A stretch of 64,000 nucleotides of DNA from Gammaproteobacteria bacterium (GCA_012960535.1 DUBB01000027.1:111487-175486); one strand, 5' to 3'. Numbered from the stretch's first letter, positions 1 to 11,882 are shown. Notes: generated from the sequence alone by a model not told the origin. Numbers and translations are program-made.

Positions 1-1178
1 GCAAGCGGTTGGATTTGTTTCACACGCAGGAGGAAGCACCTGGGATGGTCTTCTGGCATCCAAAAGGCTGGCAGATCTGGCAGATAATTGAAGCTTATAT
101 CCGTGAAGTTCAGAATAACAATGGTTATCAAGAAATTAAAACACCGCAGATGGTTGATATGTCTTTGTGGGAAAGGTCAGGTCATGCGGACAAATTCGGG
201 GACGATATGTTCTCGGTTTCCTCGGAAAATCGCGAGTATGCCATTAAGCCCATGAATTGCCCGTGCCATGTGCAAGTATTCAATCAAGGCCTGAAGAGCT
301 ATCGAGAGTTGCCCTTTCGCCTTTCTGAATTTGGTTCGTGTCACAGGAATGAACCGTCCGGTACTTTGCAGGGGATTATGCGGGTCAGGGCATTTGTGCA
401 GGATGATGCCCACATATTCTGTAGAGAAGACCAGATCCAACAGGAAGTGATCAGCTTTATTGATCTATTGTCCGCGGTTTACCGGGATTTTGGTTTCAAC
501 GAGATTATTATTAAGTTATCTACTCGGCCTGAAAATCGAGTGGGTTCCGATTCAGATTGGGACCGAGCTGAGCAATCTCTGGCTCTGGCTCTGAATACAA
601 AGTCACTGGATTGGGAGGAACTGCCTGGAGAAGGGGCTTTTTATGGACCGAAGATTGAGTTTTCATTGAAAGACTGCCTGGGGAGAGTTTGGCAGTGCGG
701 AACCATGCAGGTGGATTTTTCCATGCCGGGCAGGCTGGATGCTCAGTATGTGGCTAAGGATGGTTCGCGGCAGACGCCGGTAATGCTGCATCGCGCTATT
801 CTCGGGTCGTTTGAGCGCTTTATAGGTATCCTGATCGAGGAATACGGTGGGGACATGCCCGTCTGGCTGGCTCCCGTACAATGTGTCGTCCTTAATATTA
901 CCGACAACCAGGCCGATTATGCGCTGCGTGTGCAGGCGTCATTGAAGGCAGCTGGGTTCAGAGTTGAGGCAGATATTCGCAATGAGAAGGTGGGTTTCAA
1001 GGTCCGGGAACATACCCTTCAGAAGGTTCCCTATCTTGTAGTTGTCGGCGATCGGGAGGTGGCAAATGGGGAAATTGCTGTAAGAGCACGAAATGGTGAT
1101 GATCAGGGCACCATGCCGATTGAAGATTTTATTGAAATTTTGCGAAAAGATGAAGAAAAAAAGGGACGAACGGCTTGA
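1..1178 (+). CDS. thrS: threonine--tRNA ligase, C-terminal ~390 aa (5' end upstream of window)
   Basis: ORF 9..1178 is open to the window edge. Class II aaRS core and anticodon-binding region are recognisable ([47 protein letters not shown]). It is followed by infC-rpmI-rplT, the classical gammaproteobacterial order. Confidence 0.95.
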   Translation, partial: KRLDLFHTQEEAPGMVFWHPKGWQIWQIIEAYIREVQNNNGYQEIKTPQMVDMSLWERSGHADKFGDDMFSVSSENREYAIKPMNCPCHVQVFNQGLKSYRELPFRLSEFGSCHRNEPSGTLQGIMRVRAFVQDDAHIFCREDQIQQEVISFIDLLSAVYRDFGFNEIIIKLSTRPENRVGSDSDWDRAEQSLALALNTKSLDWEELPGEGAFYGPKIEFSLKDCLGRVWQCGTMQVDFSMPGRLDAQYVAKDGSRQTPVMLHRAILGSFERFIGILIEEYGGDMPVWLAPVQCVVLNITDNQADYALRVQASLKAAGFRVEADIRNEKVGFKVREHTLQKVPYLVVVGDREVANGEIAVRARNGDDQGTMPIEDFIEILRKDEEKKGRTA

Positions 1179-1181
1179 TTT

Positions 1182-1190
1182 TGCTATAAT
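1182..1190 (+). promoter_or_regulatory. candidate extended -10 element (TGcTATAAT) ahead of infC
   Basis: Exact TGnTATAAT match directly after the thrS stop and 33 nt upstream of the infC ATT start. No convincing -35 was seen. Sequence motif only. Confidence 0.3.
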
Positions 1191-1222
1191 GCCCGCCCTC
1201 AGAAGCCAAAGGAGCGAGCGGA

Positions 1223-1780
1223 ATTAAAAAAGACGGTTCAAAAAAGTCTCGGATTAACGAAGAAATTGATGTTTCAAAGGTACGTTTAATTGGTGAAGGT
1301 GGGGATCAGTTAGGAATTGTTCCCATTGCCGAAGCCTTAAAAGCTGCTGTGGAAGCCAAGCTTGATCTGGTGGAAATTGCACCAGATGCCGATCCGGTAG
1401 TTTGTAAAATACTGGATTATGGAAAACGTGTATTTGAGGCCAAAAAAGGGAAAGCTGCGGCTAAGAAAAAACAGCGCCGTATGCATGTTAAAGAAATGAA
1501 GTTTCGCCCAGGCACTGAAGAAGGAGATTATCAGGTAAAACTACGCAACCTGACACGTTTCCTTAATGATGGGGATAAAGCTAAAGTCACGCTGCGGTTT
1601 CGCGGTCGTGAAATGGCCCACCAGGAACTCGGCATGGTCCTACTCAAGCGGATAGAAGAGGATCTTGCCGAAATTGGCACAGTTGAGATGTTTCCAAAAA
1701 TGGAAGGCAGGCAATTGACCATGGTTCTGGCCCCCAACTCGAAGAAGAATGCCCCTCAGGTAAACAGGGAAGATTCTTGA
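1223..1780 (+). CDS. infC: translation initiation factor IF-3, ATT (AUU) start codon
   Basis: The track calls an internal GTG at 1349. The frame from ATT 1223 encodes the conserved IF3 N-terminus ([52 protein letters not shown]). AAAGGAG lies at 1208-1214, 8 nt upstream. No ATG/GTG/TTG occurs between the in-frame TAA (1187-1189) and 1223. Confidence 0.9.
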   Translation: MKKDGSKKSRINEEIDVSKVRLIGEGGDQLGIVPIAEALKAAVEAKLDLVEIAPDADPVVCKILDYGKRVFEAKKGKAAAKKKQRRMHVKEMKFRPGTEEGDYQVKLRNLTRFLNDGDKAKVTLRFRGREMAHQELGMVLLKRIEEDLAEIGTVEMFPKMEGRQLTMVLAPNSKKNAPQVNREDS

Positions 1781-1876
1781 AGCAAAGCTGAGACGGGCTT
1801 GAGCCCCCAGCGATACAGGCGCGATACCTTTGGGTATTTGAGCGCCGATTAAAATGAACAATGCGGAGTCATGAAA

Positions 1877-2068
1877 ATGCCAAAACTGAAAACTAGTAGT
1901 GGTGCAGCCAAACGTTTTAAGAAAACGGCTAAAGGTTATAAGCACCGACAATCCTTCAGGAATCACATCCTGACCAAAAAGCCGACCAAGCGAAAGCGTC
2001 AGCTGCGCAAGTTGAAAGATATTGCGCCTGCAGACATCCCTTTGATACGGCGATTGCTGGGACATTAA
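1877..2068 (+). CDS. rpmI: 50S ribosomal protein L35
   Basis: [35 protein letters not shown] closely matches the L35 consensus. The track start at 1871 adds MK, and ATG 1877 matches the conserved MPK start. Confidence 0.93.
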   Translation: MPKLKTSSGAAKRFKKTAKGYKHRQSFRNHILTKKPTKRKRQLRKLKDIAPADIPLIRRLLGH

Positions 2069-2127
2069 GTCCTGTCAGGCCCGGTAAGCCGGGAATTCAA
2101 CAATAAAATGGTTCTGAGGATGATCCC

Positions 2128-2493
2128 ATGCCTAGAGTAAAAAGAGGTGTTACTGCACACCGTCGTCACAAAAAAGTAATGAAGGCCGCCAAAGGCTACT
2201 ATGGTGCTCGCAGTCGAGTTTTCCGAGTTGCCAAGCAGGCGGTAACCAAAGCGGGCCAGTATGCTTATCGCGATCGCAAGGTCAAGAAGCGTATGTTCCG
2301 TGGATTGTGGATCCAGCGGATTAATGCTGCGGCACGCGAACATGGTTTATCGTACAGCCGTATGATTAACGGCCTGAAAAAGTCAAATGTGGAAATTGAT
2401 CGTCGCGTGCTCGCTGATTTGGCCATGCACGAAGCAGACGCTTTTGCTGCCTTGGCAGAGCGGGCAAAGCAAGCGCTTGCTGAAGCCGCCTGA
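2128..2493 (+). CDS. rplT: 50S ribosomal protein L20
   Basis: [39 protein letters not shown]... is typical L20. It sits downstream of rpmI. Confidence 0.95.
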   Translation: MPRVKRGVTAHRRHKKVMKAAKGYYGARSRVFRVAKQAVTKAGQYAYRDRKVKKRMFRGLWIQRINAAAREHGLSYSRMINGLKKSNVEIDRRVLADLAMHEADAFAALAERAKQALAEAA

Positions 2494-2536
2494 ATCTAAG
2501 ATTGGCAGGCCCGGGTTGGTGCCGGCTTATACTTAG

Positions 2537-5967
<3,431 letters not shown>

Positions 5968-5969
5968 TG

Positions 5970-6278
5970 ATGAGAGTGCTAACCAAAGCAGAGATGGCGG
6001 AAAAACTGTTCGAAGAGATGGGTTTGAATAAGCGTGAAGCTAAAGAAATTGTTGAATTGTTCTTCGAAGAGATTCGGGTATCACTGGCATCTAAAGAGCA
6101 GGTTAAATTATCAGGCTTTGGCAATTTTGATCTTCGGGATAAAAGCCAGAGGCCTGGACGAAACCCGAAGACTGGGCAGGGCATTCCGATATCTGCGCGA
6201 CGAGTGGTAACCTTTCGGGCAGGCCAGAAGCTAAAGGCCAGGGTTGAATCCTATGCTGGACCAAGAACAGAATCCTGA
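5970..6278 (+). CDS. ihfA: integration host factor alpha subunit
   Basis: [33 protein letters not shown]...[41 protein letters not shown] is near-identical in pattern to IHF-alpha. The exact start is uncertain (5967 GTG, 5970 ATG or 5976 GTG). Confidence 0.93.
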   Translation: MRVLTKAEMAEKLFEEMGLNKREAKEIVELFFEEIRVSLASKEQVKLSGFGNFDLRDKSQRPGRNPKTGQGIPISARRVVTFRAGQKLKARVESYAGPRTES

Positions 6279-6609
6279 TCTACCGGTTATTCCCGGCAAG
6301 CGGTATTTTACCATAGGTGAAGTCAGCGTCCTGTGTGCCGTTAAACCTCATGTGCTTCGCTACTGGGAGCAGGAGTTTCCCCAGCTAAGCCCTTTAAAAA
6401 GACGGGGTAATCGACGCTACTATCAGCGTCACGATGTGCTCGTGATTCGCCAGATCCGGGCTCTCTTATACGATGAGGGTTTTACCATTATAGGGGCCAG
6501 GCAGCGGCTTTCCGGCCAGGAACAAAAGGACGATAAAAGTCAGTCTCGACAGCTTGTGCAGCAGATGATAGCGGAATTAAATGAGCTGCTGAAGGCGTTT
6601 AAGGACTAG
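6253..6609 (+). CDS. MerR-family transcriptional regulator (conserved ihfA-downstream gene)
   Basis: A MerR-type HTH is present ([25 protein letters not shown]...[37 protein letters not shown]). It overlaps the ihfA 3' end by 26 nt. ATG 6253 is preferred over TTG 6244. Confidence 0.8.
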   Translation: MLDQEQNPDLPVIPGKRYFTIGEVSVLCAVKPHVLRYWEQEFPQLSPLKRRGNRRYYQRHDVLVIRQIRALLYDEGFTIIGARQRLSGQEQKDDKSQSRQLVQQMIAELNELLKAFKD

Positions 6610-6627
6610 TTGGCTCGCGGTTTAAAT

Positions 6628-6645
6628 GAAAGCACAGTGCTTTTT
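6628..6645 (+). terminator. weak candidate intrinsic terminator after the merR-like gene
   Basis: A short hairpin (AAAGC-ACAGT-GCTTT) runs into a T5 tract 19 nt after the stop. The stem is short and AT-rich. Confidence 0.3.
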
Positions 6646-6740
6646 GCAAGGGAGATCCCCAGAGAGATCCATAAGCGATCTTGTTTGTGGCTTCAGGACC
6701 ATTTAATTTCTTGTTAATGTTGGTACAATGCCCATCGTTT

Positions 6741-6817
6741 CGGGGCGTAGCGCAGTCTGGTAGCGCACTACACTGGGGGTGTAGTGGTCGCAGGTTCAAA
6801 TCCTGCCGTCCCGACCA
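6741..6817 (+). tRNA. tRNA-Pro (anticodon GGG)
   Basis: A 77-nt cloverleaf was folded by hand. Acceptor CGGGGCG/CGTCCCG; D arm GCGC-AGTCTGGTA-GCGC; anticodon arm CTACA-CTGGGGG-TGTAG (anticodon GGG, G37); variable loop TGGTC; T arm GCAGG-TTCAAAT-CCTGC; encoded CCA. Confidence 0.92.
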
Positions 6818-6918
6818 ATTTAAACTCCTATGTTGCCAAAAACCTTGTTTTTAAAGGGTTTTCTTCTTTTCTCTTATTATAATATCCACTTGGATTCAAG
6901 GTTATCCGCCAGAATTGC

Positions 6919-6942
6919 CGGTATATCTGTCGGTATATTTGT
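6919..6942. repeat. two tandem 12-bp direct repeats (CGGTATATCTGT / CGGTATATTTGT)
   Basis: Read directly from the sequence. They lie between the tRNA-Pro 3' end and the integrase stub, where arm-type integrase binding sites would be expected. Confidence 0.6.
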
Positions 6943-6982
6943 ATTGGATAGTTATCTTAGACGGTACAAAAAGGTACTGGTT

Positions 6983-7126
6983 ATGGGCAAGTTGACCGCG
7001 GTCGCAGTGAAGGCTGCAAAGACTATGACAGATGAGAGCAAAAAACTGAGTGATGGTGGTGGCATATATCTATTGGTCAAACTGAAGGGCGGCCGTTTTT
7101 GGCGCTACGACTACCTCAAATCCTGA
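6983..7126 (+). pseudogene. remnant of a P4-type tyrosine integrase (N-terminal arm-binding domain only, 47 codons)
   Basis: MGKLTAVAVKAAKTMTDESKKLSDGGGIYLLVKLKGGRFWRYDY matches the DUF4102/Arm-DNA-binding N-terminus of tRNA-associated integrases (LSDGGGLYL...W.F.Y pattern). Full-length proteins are about 400 aa. The frame stops at 7126 inside the 3' end of the convergent gene. Confidence 0.75.
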
Positions 7127-7728
7127 CCTGAAGCTGCTCGTTTTCCTGGGTACCGGGGTGTATTGAGGAAAGTCGCGATCCAGTGAATGCCAATCAGGAT
7201 TAACAGATCTCCATTTTCTATGTACTGGCGGCTTAATCCCATGCCGCCAAGAAAGGCGAGGAAGCACCATGTAGCCTTCCAGCGTAGGGTGAAGTAATGC
7301 ATCGCGCCAAACAGAATATTGCTGCCGATAATGGCAACCCGGGGATCAAGCCCGGTACCCACCAAAACGTTCGGTACCGCAACCCGAAAAGCCCATTCTT
7401 CCCAGATAGAAACAATCAGCAGGTAAAGGATCCATCCTGATTGGGCGATTGAAACTGTCCTGTTTAGGTACCAACTCCAAATAAGTGTGAACAGCAGGAT
7501 CGCTAGTGCACCTAGAACATAGGGTGCGGGCGTCGCAAGGAATCGGCTCAGTTGACCCGTTAATATTTCCGCCGAAGTGATCAGCAGCAGGCAGCCAAGC
7601 AACAAACCCGGTAGGCCGTGGCGCAACGCTACCTGGTAAAAATGATTGAGTTGCCGACCCGTGAAGTCCGATGGTCGTTGTAGTCGACGTTGGCTGGGTG
7701 CCTGCGACTCTGAATCGGAATTACTCAA
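7111..7728 (-). CDS. CPBP family intramembrane glutamic endopeptidase (CAAX protease / Abi family)
   Basis: A polytopic membrane protein with the family motifs EEWAFR (EExxxR), FGAMH (FxxxH) and a later IHW histidine. The only possible start is TTG 7728, directly after an in-frame TAG. Confidence 0.75.
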   Translation of the reverse strand: MSNSDSESQAPSQRRLQRPSDFTGRQLNHFYQVALRHGLPGLLLGCLLLITSAEILTGQLSRFLATPAPYVLGALAILLFTLIWSWYLNRTVSIAQSGWILYLLIVSIWEEWAFRVAVPNVLVGTGLDPRVAIIGSNILFGAMHYFTLRWKATWCFLAFLGGMGLSRQYIENGDLLILIGIHWIATFLNTPRYPGKRAASGQDLR

Positions 7729-8033
7729 CTAATTTCAATCTTACTTTCAACGTTTGTGAACTCTACACGGGAGTAGTCATAACGACCTTTGTGAACCTTG
7801 TTAGCACGCTCGATAAATCCATCCAACGTCAGCGGTTTATTCCCTCCACACTCACGGCAGCCACGCCCGGTGCAATGATTCGCTGGCCGCTGTTCAAACT
7901 CACCGCGTTCAGGACAAATTATCGTAAATGTACTTATGGCGGCTAGGTATATTACTTTCGAATAGTCGTACCGGTTGTCGTGCACCTTGCGAGCACGTTC
8001 AATGAAACCTTCTGTAGTTATATGTTTAGACAC
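7725..8033 (-). CDS. homing-endonuclease-associated zinc-ribbon repeat protein, probably a gene fragment
   Basis: There are 1.6 copies of the module FIERA.KVH..RYDYS.V.(x)n.ICPE.GEF.Q.P..H..G.GC..C. The full copy is FIERARKVHDNRYDYSKV...IICPERGEFEQRPANHCTGRGCRECGG. The second copy, FIERANKVHKGRYDYSRVEF, breaks off. The module is typical of phage and giant-virus Hef/GIY-YIG-type endonuclease genes, but no nuclease domain is present. Confidence 0.5.
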   Translation of the reverse strand: MSKHITTEGFIERARKVHDNRYDYSKVIYLAAISTFTIICPERGEFEQRPANHCTGRGCRECGGNKPLTLDGFIERANKVHKGRYDYSRVEFTNVESKIEIS

Positions 8034-8229
8034 TGTTATAAGTTAACACAATGACAAATCCCGACCAAAAAGCCCGTACTTGTCGACCGGTGCCTGTGCC
8101 ACGCAGCCGAGCAAAGATAGCTCTTTACCTGCTTTACCCGTCTACATTAGAAATACCCTCTGAAACCCTTTAAACTCGATGGTTACAAAAAAATTTGTAT
8201 CAACTTTGTATCTGTGGGTCATAATTTTA

Positions 8230-9417
8230 TTACTTCCAATTATGTTTTTTAAGGGCTTCCCAAATTTGTTTGATGGCTACCATCAGTTTCTTGCTTTCAT
8301 CAGCACTATCATTGGTCATTATAAAAATTCCTACACCCCTTTTAGGATATATTGCCAGAATACTTAATACACCTGGGTCGCTACCAGAGTGGTTAAGTAC
8401 CCCATCCTCATTTACGCCCCAAAAAATACCACTGGATTCACTGCCCAGCTTGGTTCGTTTAAACATTTCCTTGTAAGAATCTTGTGAAAGAATAGTTCCC
8501 TTGCCATTAGCCCCATTCAGTATTTCTATCAGGTAATTGCCCATATCTTGGGTACTAGTAATCAGGCCACCATCAGCAGTTGTTATCAAATGGTAATCCG
8601 GAACGGGTATGTTGTCTGGAAAGTAACGGACGGCAAAATCTTCACGGCTGTTATCAGTCAATTCCCAGGAGGTCTTTTCCATCTGCAATGGATTGAAAAT
8701 ATACTGCCCTGTAAACTCATAGAAAGATTGCCCTGTAGCGTTTTCAATCACTAAAGCTGCTAAAGCCGCTCCCATATTGCTATAATGATAGCGTTTTCCA
8801 GGAGCTTTATTGGTGAAGTTCTTGGCAGTGTACCATTTCCCGTTTTTTCTAAGTACATTTTCCAAAAATTCTGCATAAGAAATCCTTTCATTCTCTTTCA
8901 TTATGGAGATGTACTCCTGAGCATCGTCAGGAAGATGAGAATAATCGGCATTAGGTTGGTCTAGTACATAAGCTCGTAAATAAGACACTTCATCTGTAAT
9001 TCCGGAAGTATGTTGTGACAAATGTCTTAATGTAATAGGTGCTTCAGGATATTTTGGGTGTACTACCTCAAATGGCAAATATTTGTTTATGGGGCCATCC
9101 AATTTAAGTTTCCCCAACTCCTGGGCTTTCATAATAGCAGCTGCTATAAAGGTCTTGGAAACTGAACCTATATTCTGAACTGTGGTATTAGTGTATGGTT
9201 TTTTGACTAGTACATTGGCATACCCAAATGACTTGTTGTATAACAACTTTGCGTCATTTGTTACTACAATAGAAATACCCGATAGACCGGAATCTTCAAA
9301 AATCCTTAACAGGTTATTTTCCAGTTCTTCAATGGTATTAGTAGGTTGTATTTCCCAAGATTGGCAACTTGAGATATTAAACATTAGTATCAATGCCAAT
9401 ATTAGTCTTGTTAACAT
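8230..9417 (-). CDS. serine hydrolase, beta-lactamase/transpeptidase-like family, predicted lipoprotein
   Basis: SxxK motif (SVSKTF) in a class C beta-lactamase-like fold. Lipoprotein signal MLTRLILALILMFNISSC. ATG 9417 is preferred to the track start at 9474. The gene and its flanks are visibly AT-rich compared with their neighbours. Confidence 0.8.
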   Translation of the reverse strand: MLTRLILALILMFNISSCQSWEIQPTNTIEELENNLLRIFEDSGLSGISIVVTNDAKLLYNKSFGYANVLVKKPYTNTTVQNIGSVSKTFIAAAIMKAQELGKLKLDGPINKYLPFEVVHPKYPEAPITLRHLSQHTSGITDEVSYLRAYVLDQPNADYSHLPDDAQEYISIMKENERISYAEFLENVLRKNGKWYTAKNFTNKAPGKRYHYSNMGAALAALVIENATGQSFYEFTGQYIFNPLQMEKTSWELTDNSREDFAVRYFPDNIPVPDYHLITTADGGLITSTQDMGNYLIEILNGANGKGTILSQDSYKEMFKRTKLGSESSGIFWGVNEDGVLNHSGSDPGVLSILAIYPKRGVGIFIMTNDSADESKKLMVAIKQIWEALKKHNWK

Positions 9418-9484
9418 TGTTTTATTCCTGTTTATATTTTTAAAGCCTCTGTTACATGACAATATAATTTTCAAAAAGTTCTGT

Positions 9485-9552
9485 TACAAGCTTGTATCTA
9501 CCTTGCATCTGAAGAATGCAGTAAACACAGGGGTTTCATACAAGCTTTGTAT
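9485..9552. promoter_or_regulatory. pair of related palindromes upstream of the serine hydrolase gene
   Basis: TACAAGCTTGTA (9485-9496, perfect 12-bp palindrome) and ATACAAGCTTTGTAT (9538-9552, 6-bp arms). A TGCAT-N7-ATGCA inverted repeat lies between them (9504-9520). They sit 68-135 bp upstream of the ATG at 9417. Confidence 0.4.
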
Positions 9553-9864
9553 CGCCATTTACCCCCTGTGTGACGTCAGCCCATATGGCACAATTTGGTC
9601 CTGTTTGCTTAGAGACTCTTCTGCTCATTGTCACTCCAGTCGATCCTGCCTGCAGCTGCCTGAGACACGCAAACGAGCATAGATCGCTCTTCACCAGCCT
9701 TGTTCGTCCACATTAGTAATACCAAGTAATAGAGGAGTCCCACATGCTGAAGTGGGGGGCACCCGGGGGTGGGTGCTACTCAGGTGGAAATGGCAGGAGG
9801 GTAGGGTGGAGGTTGAATTCTATGCTAGATGCTTAGTGCATTCTGGATGCCTTCCATTGACCCT

Positions 9865-9903
9865 GCTTGGATCGATACTCAACTGAGGCGCCGATTAACC
9901 CCA
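9865..9903. repeat. left copy of an imperfect ~30-40 bp direct repeat
   Basis: GATACTCAACTGAGGCGCCGATTAACCCCA (9874-9903) matches 11341-11370 at 26 of 30 positions. Similarity continues about 10 nt upstream with one indel. Confidence 0.8.
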
Positions 9904-9925
9904 TTAAAAAAACTATCCTCAGGCA

Positions 9926-10228
9926 CTAGCTGAAAGAACATGATAAGGCTGACGTTGTCACTATTGCTGATGTAATGTTTTTGATTCTATCAAATTTGCG
10001 CTTAGCCATTTTTGGGAGAACCACCGGAATCATCATCAGAGGTGCCGCTTTATTTCCGTCCAAGGTCGATTCCCAGACCGGATTATCTGTATCAGAAAAG
10101 AGCTTTGTACTGGGACCGGCATTGTTGTTGAGCAGAATTGGGCTTGAACAGTCAGCCAGAAGTTGTTTCAATCGCTTTTCATTAACACGTCGGCACAAGC
10201 GAGGCCCAAACTGGCGCTTGAGCCACAA
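9926..10228 (-). CDS. hypothetical ORF (TTG start, doubtful)
   Basis: 100-codon ORF with a TTG start and no recognisable family. It lies inside the repeat-bracketed segment and may be non-coding or a gene remnant. Confidence 0.2.
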   Translation of the reverse strand: MWLKRQFGPRLCRRVNEKRLKQLLADCSSPILLNNNAGPSTKLFSDTDNPVWESTLDGNKAAPLMMIPVVLPKMAKRKFDRIKNITSAIVTTSALSCSFS

Positions 10229-10288
10229 ACAAGTGCAGTCCGACCTGATTTTTCTAGATCCATTTTGAACTCTTAATTATTGGCTAAG

Positions 10289-11143
10289 CTACTCTGCTTT
10301 TCCCCTCCTGCAATAGAAGATAAAGGCAGGAACAAAAACGTACATAAGTACCAAATAGATAACGGAGACAAGCGCATAAGCCGAGTCCCCAAAGAATGTC
10401 AGCGCCAATACAATTGCCAAGGCAACATTTTGTACTCCAATTTCTATAGTAAGGCTGCGTGTTTGCGGGAGGCTCAACCCGGTAATTTTCCCCAAGGTAA
10501 AGCCCGAACCCATAGTAAAAATAATTAGTAGTGCCACCAGGACAAAAATCAGCCATGCTTGCCCGGATATCAATCTCAGATGCTCAGCTATTAACACGGG
10601 AGTAAGCGCGACAAGTACAGCAAAGGCCGCGGTGGCGATCAGTCCTTTACGTCGATCAGAAAATTCAGGGAAAAAATTTCTACAGGTCATTCCAACCATT
10701 ACCGGTACAATCAAGTAGAGAAAAATTCTTAACATCGTATCTACAACAGGCAAGGAAACCGACACACTGGAATGGAGCAACATGCCACTGGCGATATTAA
10801 ATACAAACGGCACAGATACGACTGAAAGAATGCCACTCAATGCTGTGAGGGAAACCGATAAGGCAACATCACCCCGAGCCAGGTAGGTAAAATAGTTTGA
10901 GGAAGAGCCACCAGGGCAAACACCTATCAATATCAGGCCCACTATCAGAATAGGAGAGTCTGCAAACGACGCCAAAAACACGGCAGCTAGAGGCAAGAGA
11001 ACGAGCTGCCCGAACATTCCAATAAATACGCCTTTTGGCGCAAGGAGTATATTTCTGAAGTTATCCAGTCCTAGGCCCAGGCCCATACCAAAAGCGATCA
11101 AGATGAGTGTCGCTGTTATTACATGAACCAGTTCTATTTCCAA
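10289..11143 (-). CDS. bile acid:sodium symporter (BASS/SBF-like) family transporter
   Basis: A polytopic membrane protein with the family pattern GVCPGGSSSNYFTYLARGDVALSVSLTALS. 284 aa, a typical size. Confidence 0.8.
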   Translation of the reverse strand: MEIELVHVITATLILIAFGMGLGLGLDNFRNILLAPKGVFIGMFGQLVLLPLAAVFLASFADSPILIVGLILIGVCPGGSSSNYFTYLARGDVALSVSLTALSGILSVVSVPFVFNIASGMLLHSSVSVSLPVVDTMLRIFLYLIVPVMVGMTCRNFFPEFSDRRKGLIATAAFAVLVALTPVLIAEHLRLISGQAWLIFVLVALLIIFTMGSGFTLGKITGLSLPQTRSLTIEIGVQNVALAIVLALTFFGDSAYALVSVIYLVLMYVFVPAFIFYCRRGKAE

Positions 11144-11330
11144 TTCCTTCGTCTCTTAGTAATTAGTATGGCCTCAGAAAATCTGCAACCCGGGATTCTT
11201 CTTGAACCTGCGTGATTAGTTGCCCATCAATTCACAAATCACACAAAGTCTCATGGTGCATTCCGAATCCAGGTCATTGTTAACAATACTCAGCATCGGT
11301 AGATTCAAATATAAAGTGTAATTCCCAGTC

Positions 11331-11370
11331 TTGCTAGGTCGACACTCGACTGAGGCGCCGAATAACCTCA
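11331..11370. repeat. right copy of the imperfect ~30-40 bp direct repeat
   Basis: GACACTCGACTGAGGCGCCGAATAACCTCA (11341-11370) matches 9874-9903 at 26 of 30 positions, in the same orientation. Confidence 0.8.
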
Positions 11371-11678
11371 CTTATAATCCTATCCACAACGAAAGAGTGC
11401 AGCGGTAGATTGCGCAACCAAATACAGGACATTGTCATGGCTGGCTTGTGACAAACGCTGCTCGGCAGCTAGCAGGAGAGCGGGAATTATACAGAAGGTG
11501 GGGCTGCTGAATCGCTACTAGGGTCAATATTTCATCGAAATATACCCTTAACCTGGTGTTTTGGGCAGATCTGTCCTAAGCAGAGTGCGAAATAATGTGT
11601 TTAATTCAAATATCTCGTACCAAAAGGGTTAACTTGCTAATATAATGTGCGATTAACAATATGGAAAGGTAGCAGAAA

Positions 11679-11882
11679 ATGGCGACAGGTACGGTAAAAT
11701 GGTTTAACGATAGTAAAGGGTTTGGATTTATATCACCGTCTGACGGTAGTGTTGATGTATTCGTTCATCATAGCGCTATCCAAGCTGATGGATTCAAATC
11801 ACTTGCAGAAGGTCAAAGTGTGAGCTTTGAAGTTGAGCAGGGTCAGAAAGGGCCTAGTGCGATTAACGTCGTCGCACAATAG
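11679..11882 (+). CDS. cold-shock protein, CspA family
   Basis: [20 protein letters not shown]...DVFVHHSAI carries the RNP1/RNP2 motifs (KGFGFI, VFVHH). 67 aa. Confidence 0.93.
   Translation: MATGTVKWFNDSKGFGFISPSDGSVDVFVHHSAIQADGFKSLAEGQSVSFEVEQGQKGPSAINVVAQ

Noticed and set aside
6830-6982. The 5' part of track ORF 6830..7126 ([26 protein letters not shown]...)
   Set aside because: Only the last 47 codons, from ATG 6983, resemble an integrase N-terminus. The upstream part runs through AT-rich att/arm-like DNA and looks non-coding.
9754-9812. G-quadruplex in the G-rich tract
   Set aside because: Four G3 runs with loops of 7 nt or less cannot be assembled. The G6 run cannot supply two tracts, and the next G3 run is 25 nt away. 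Only non-canonical structures are possible.
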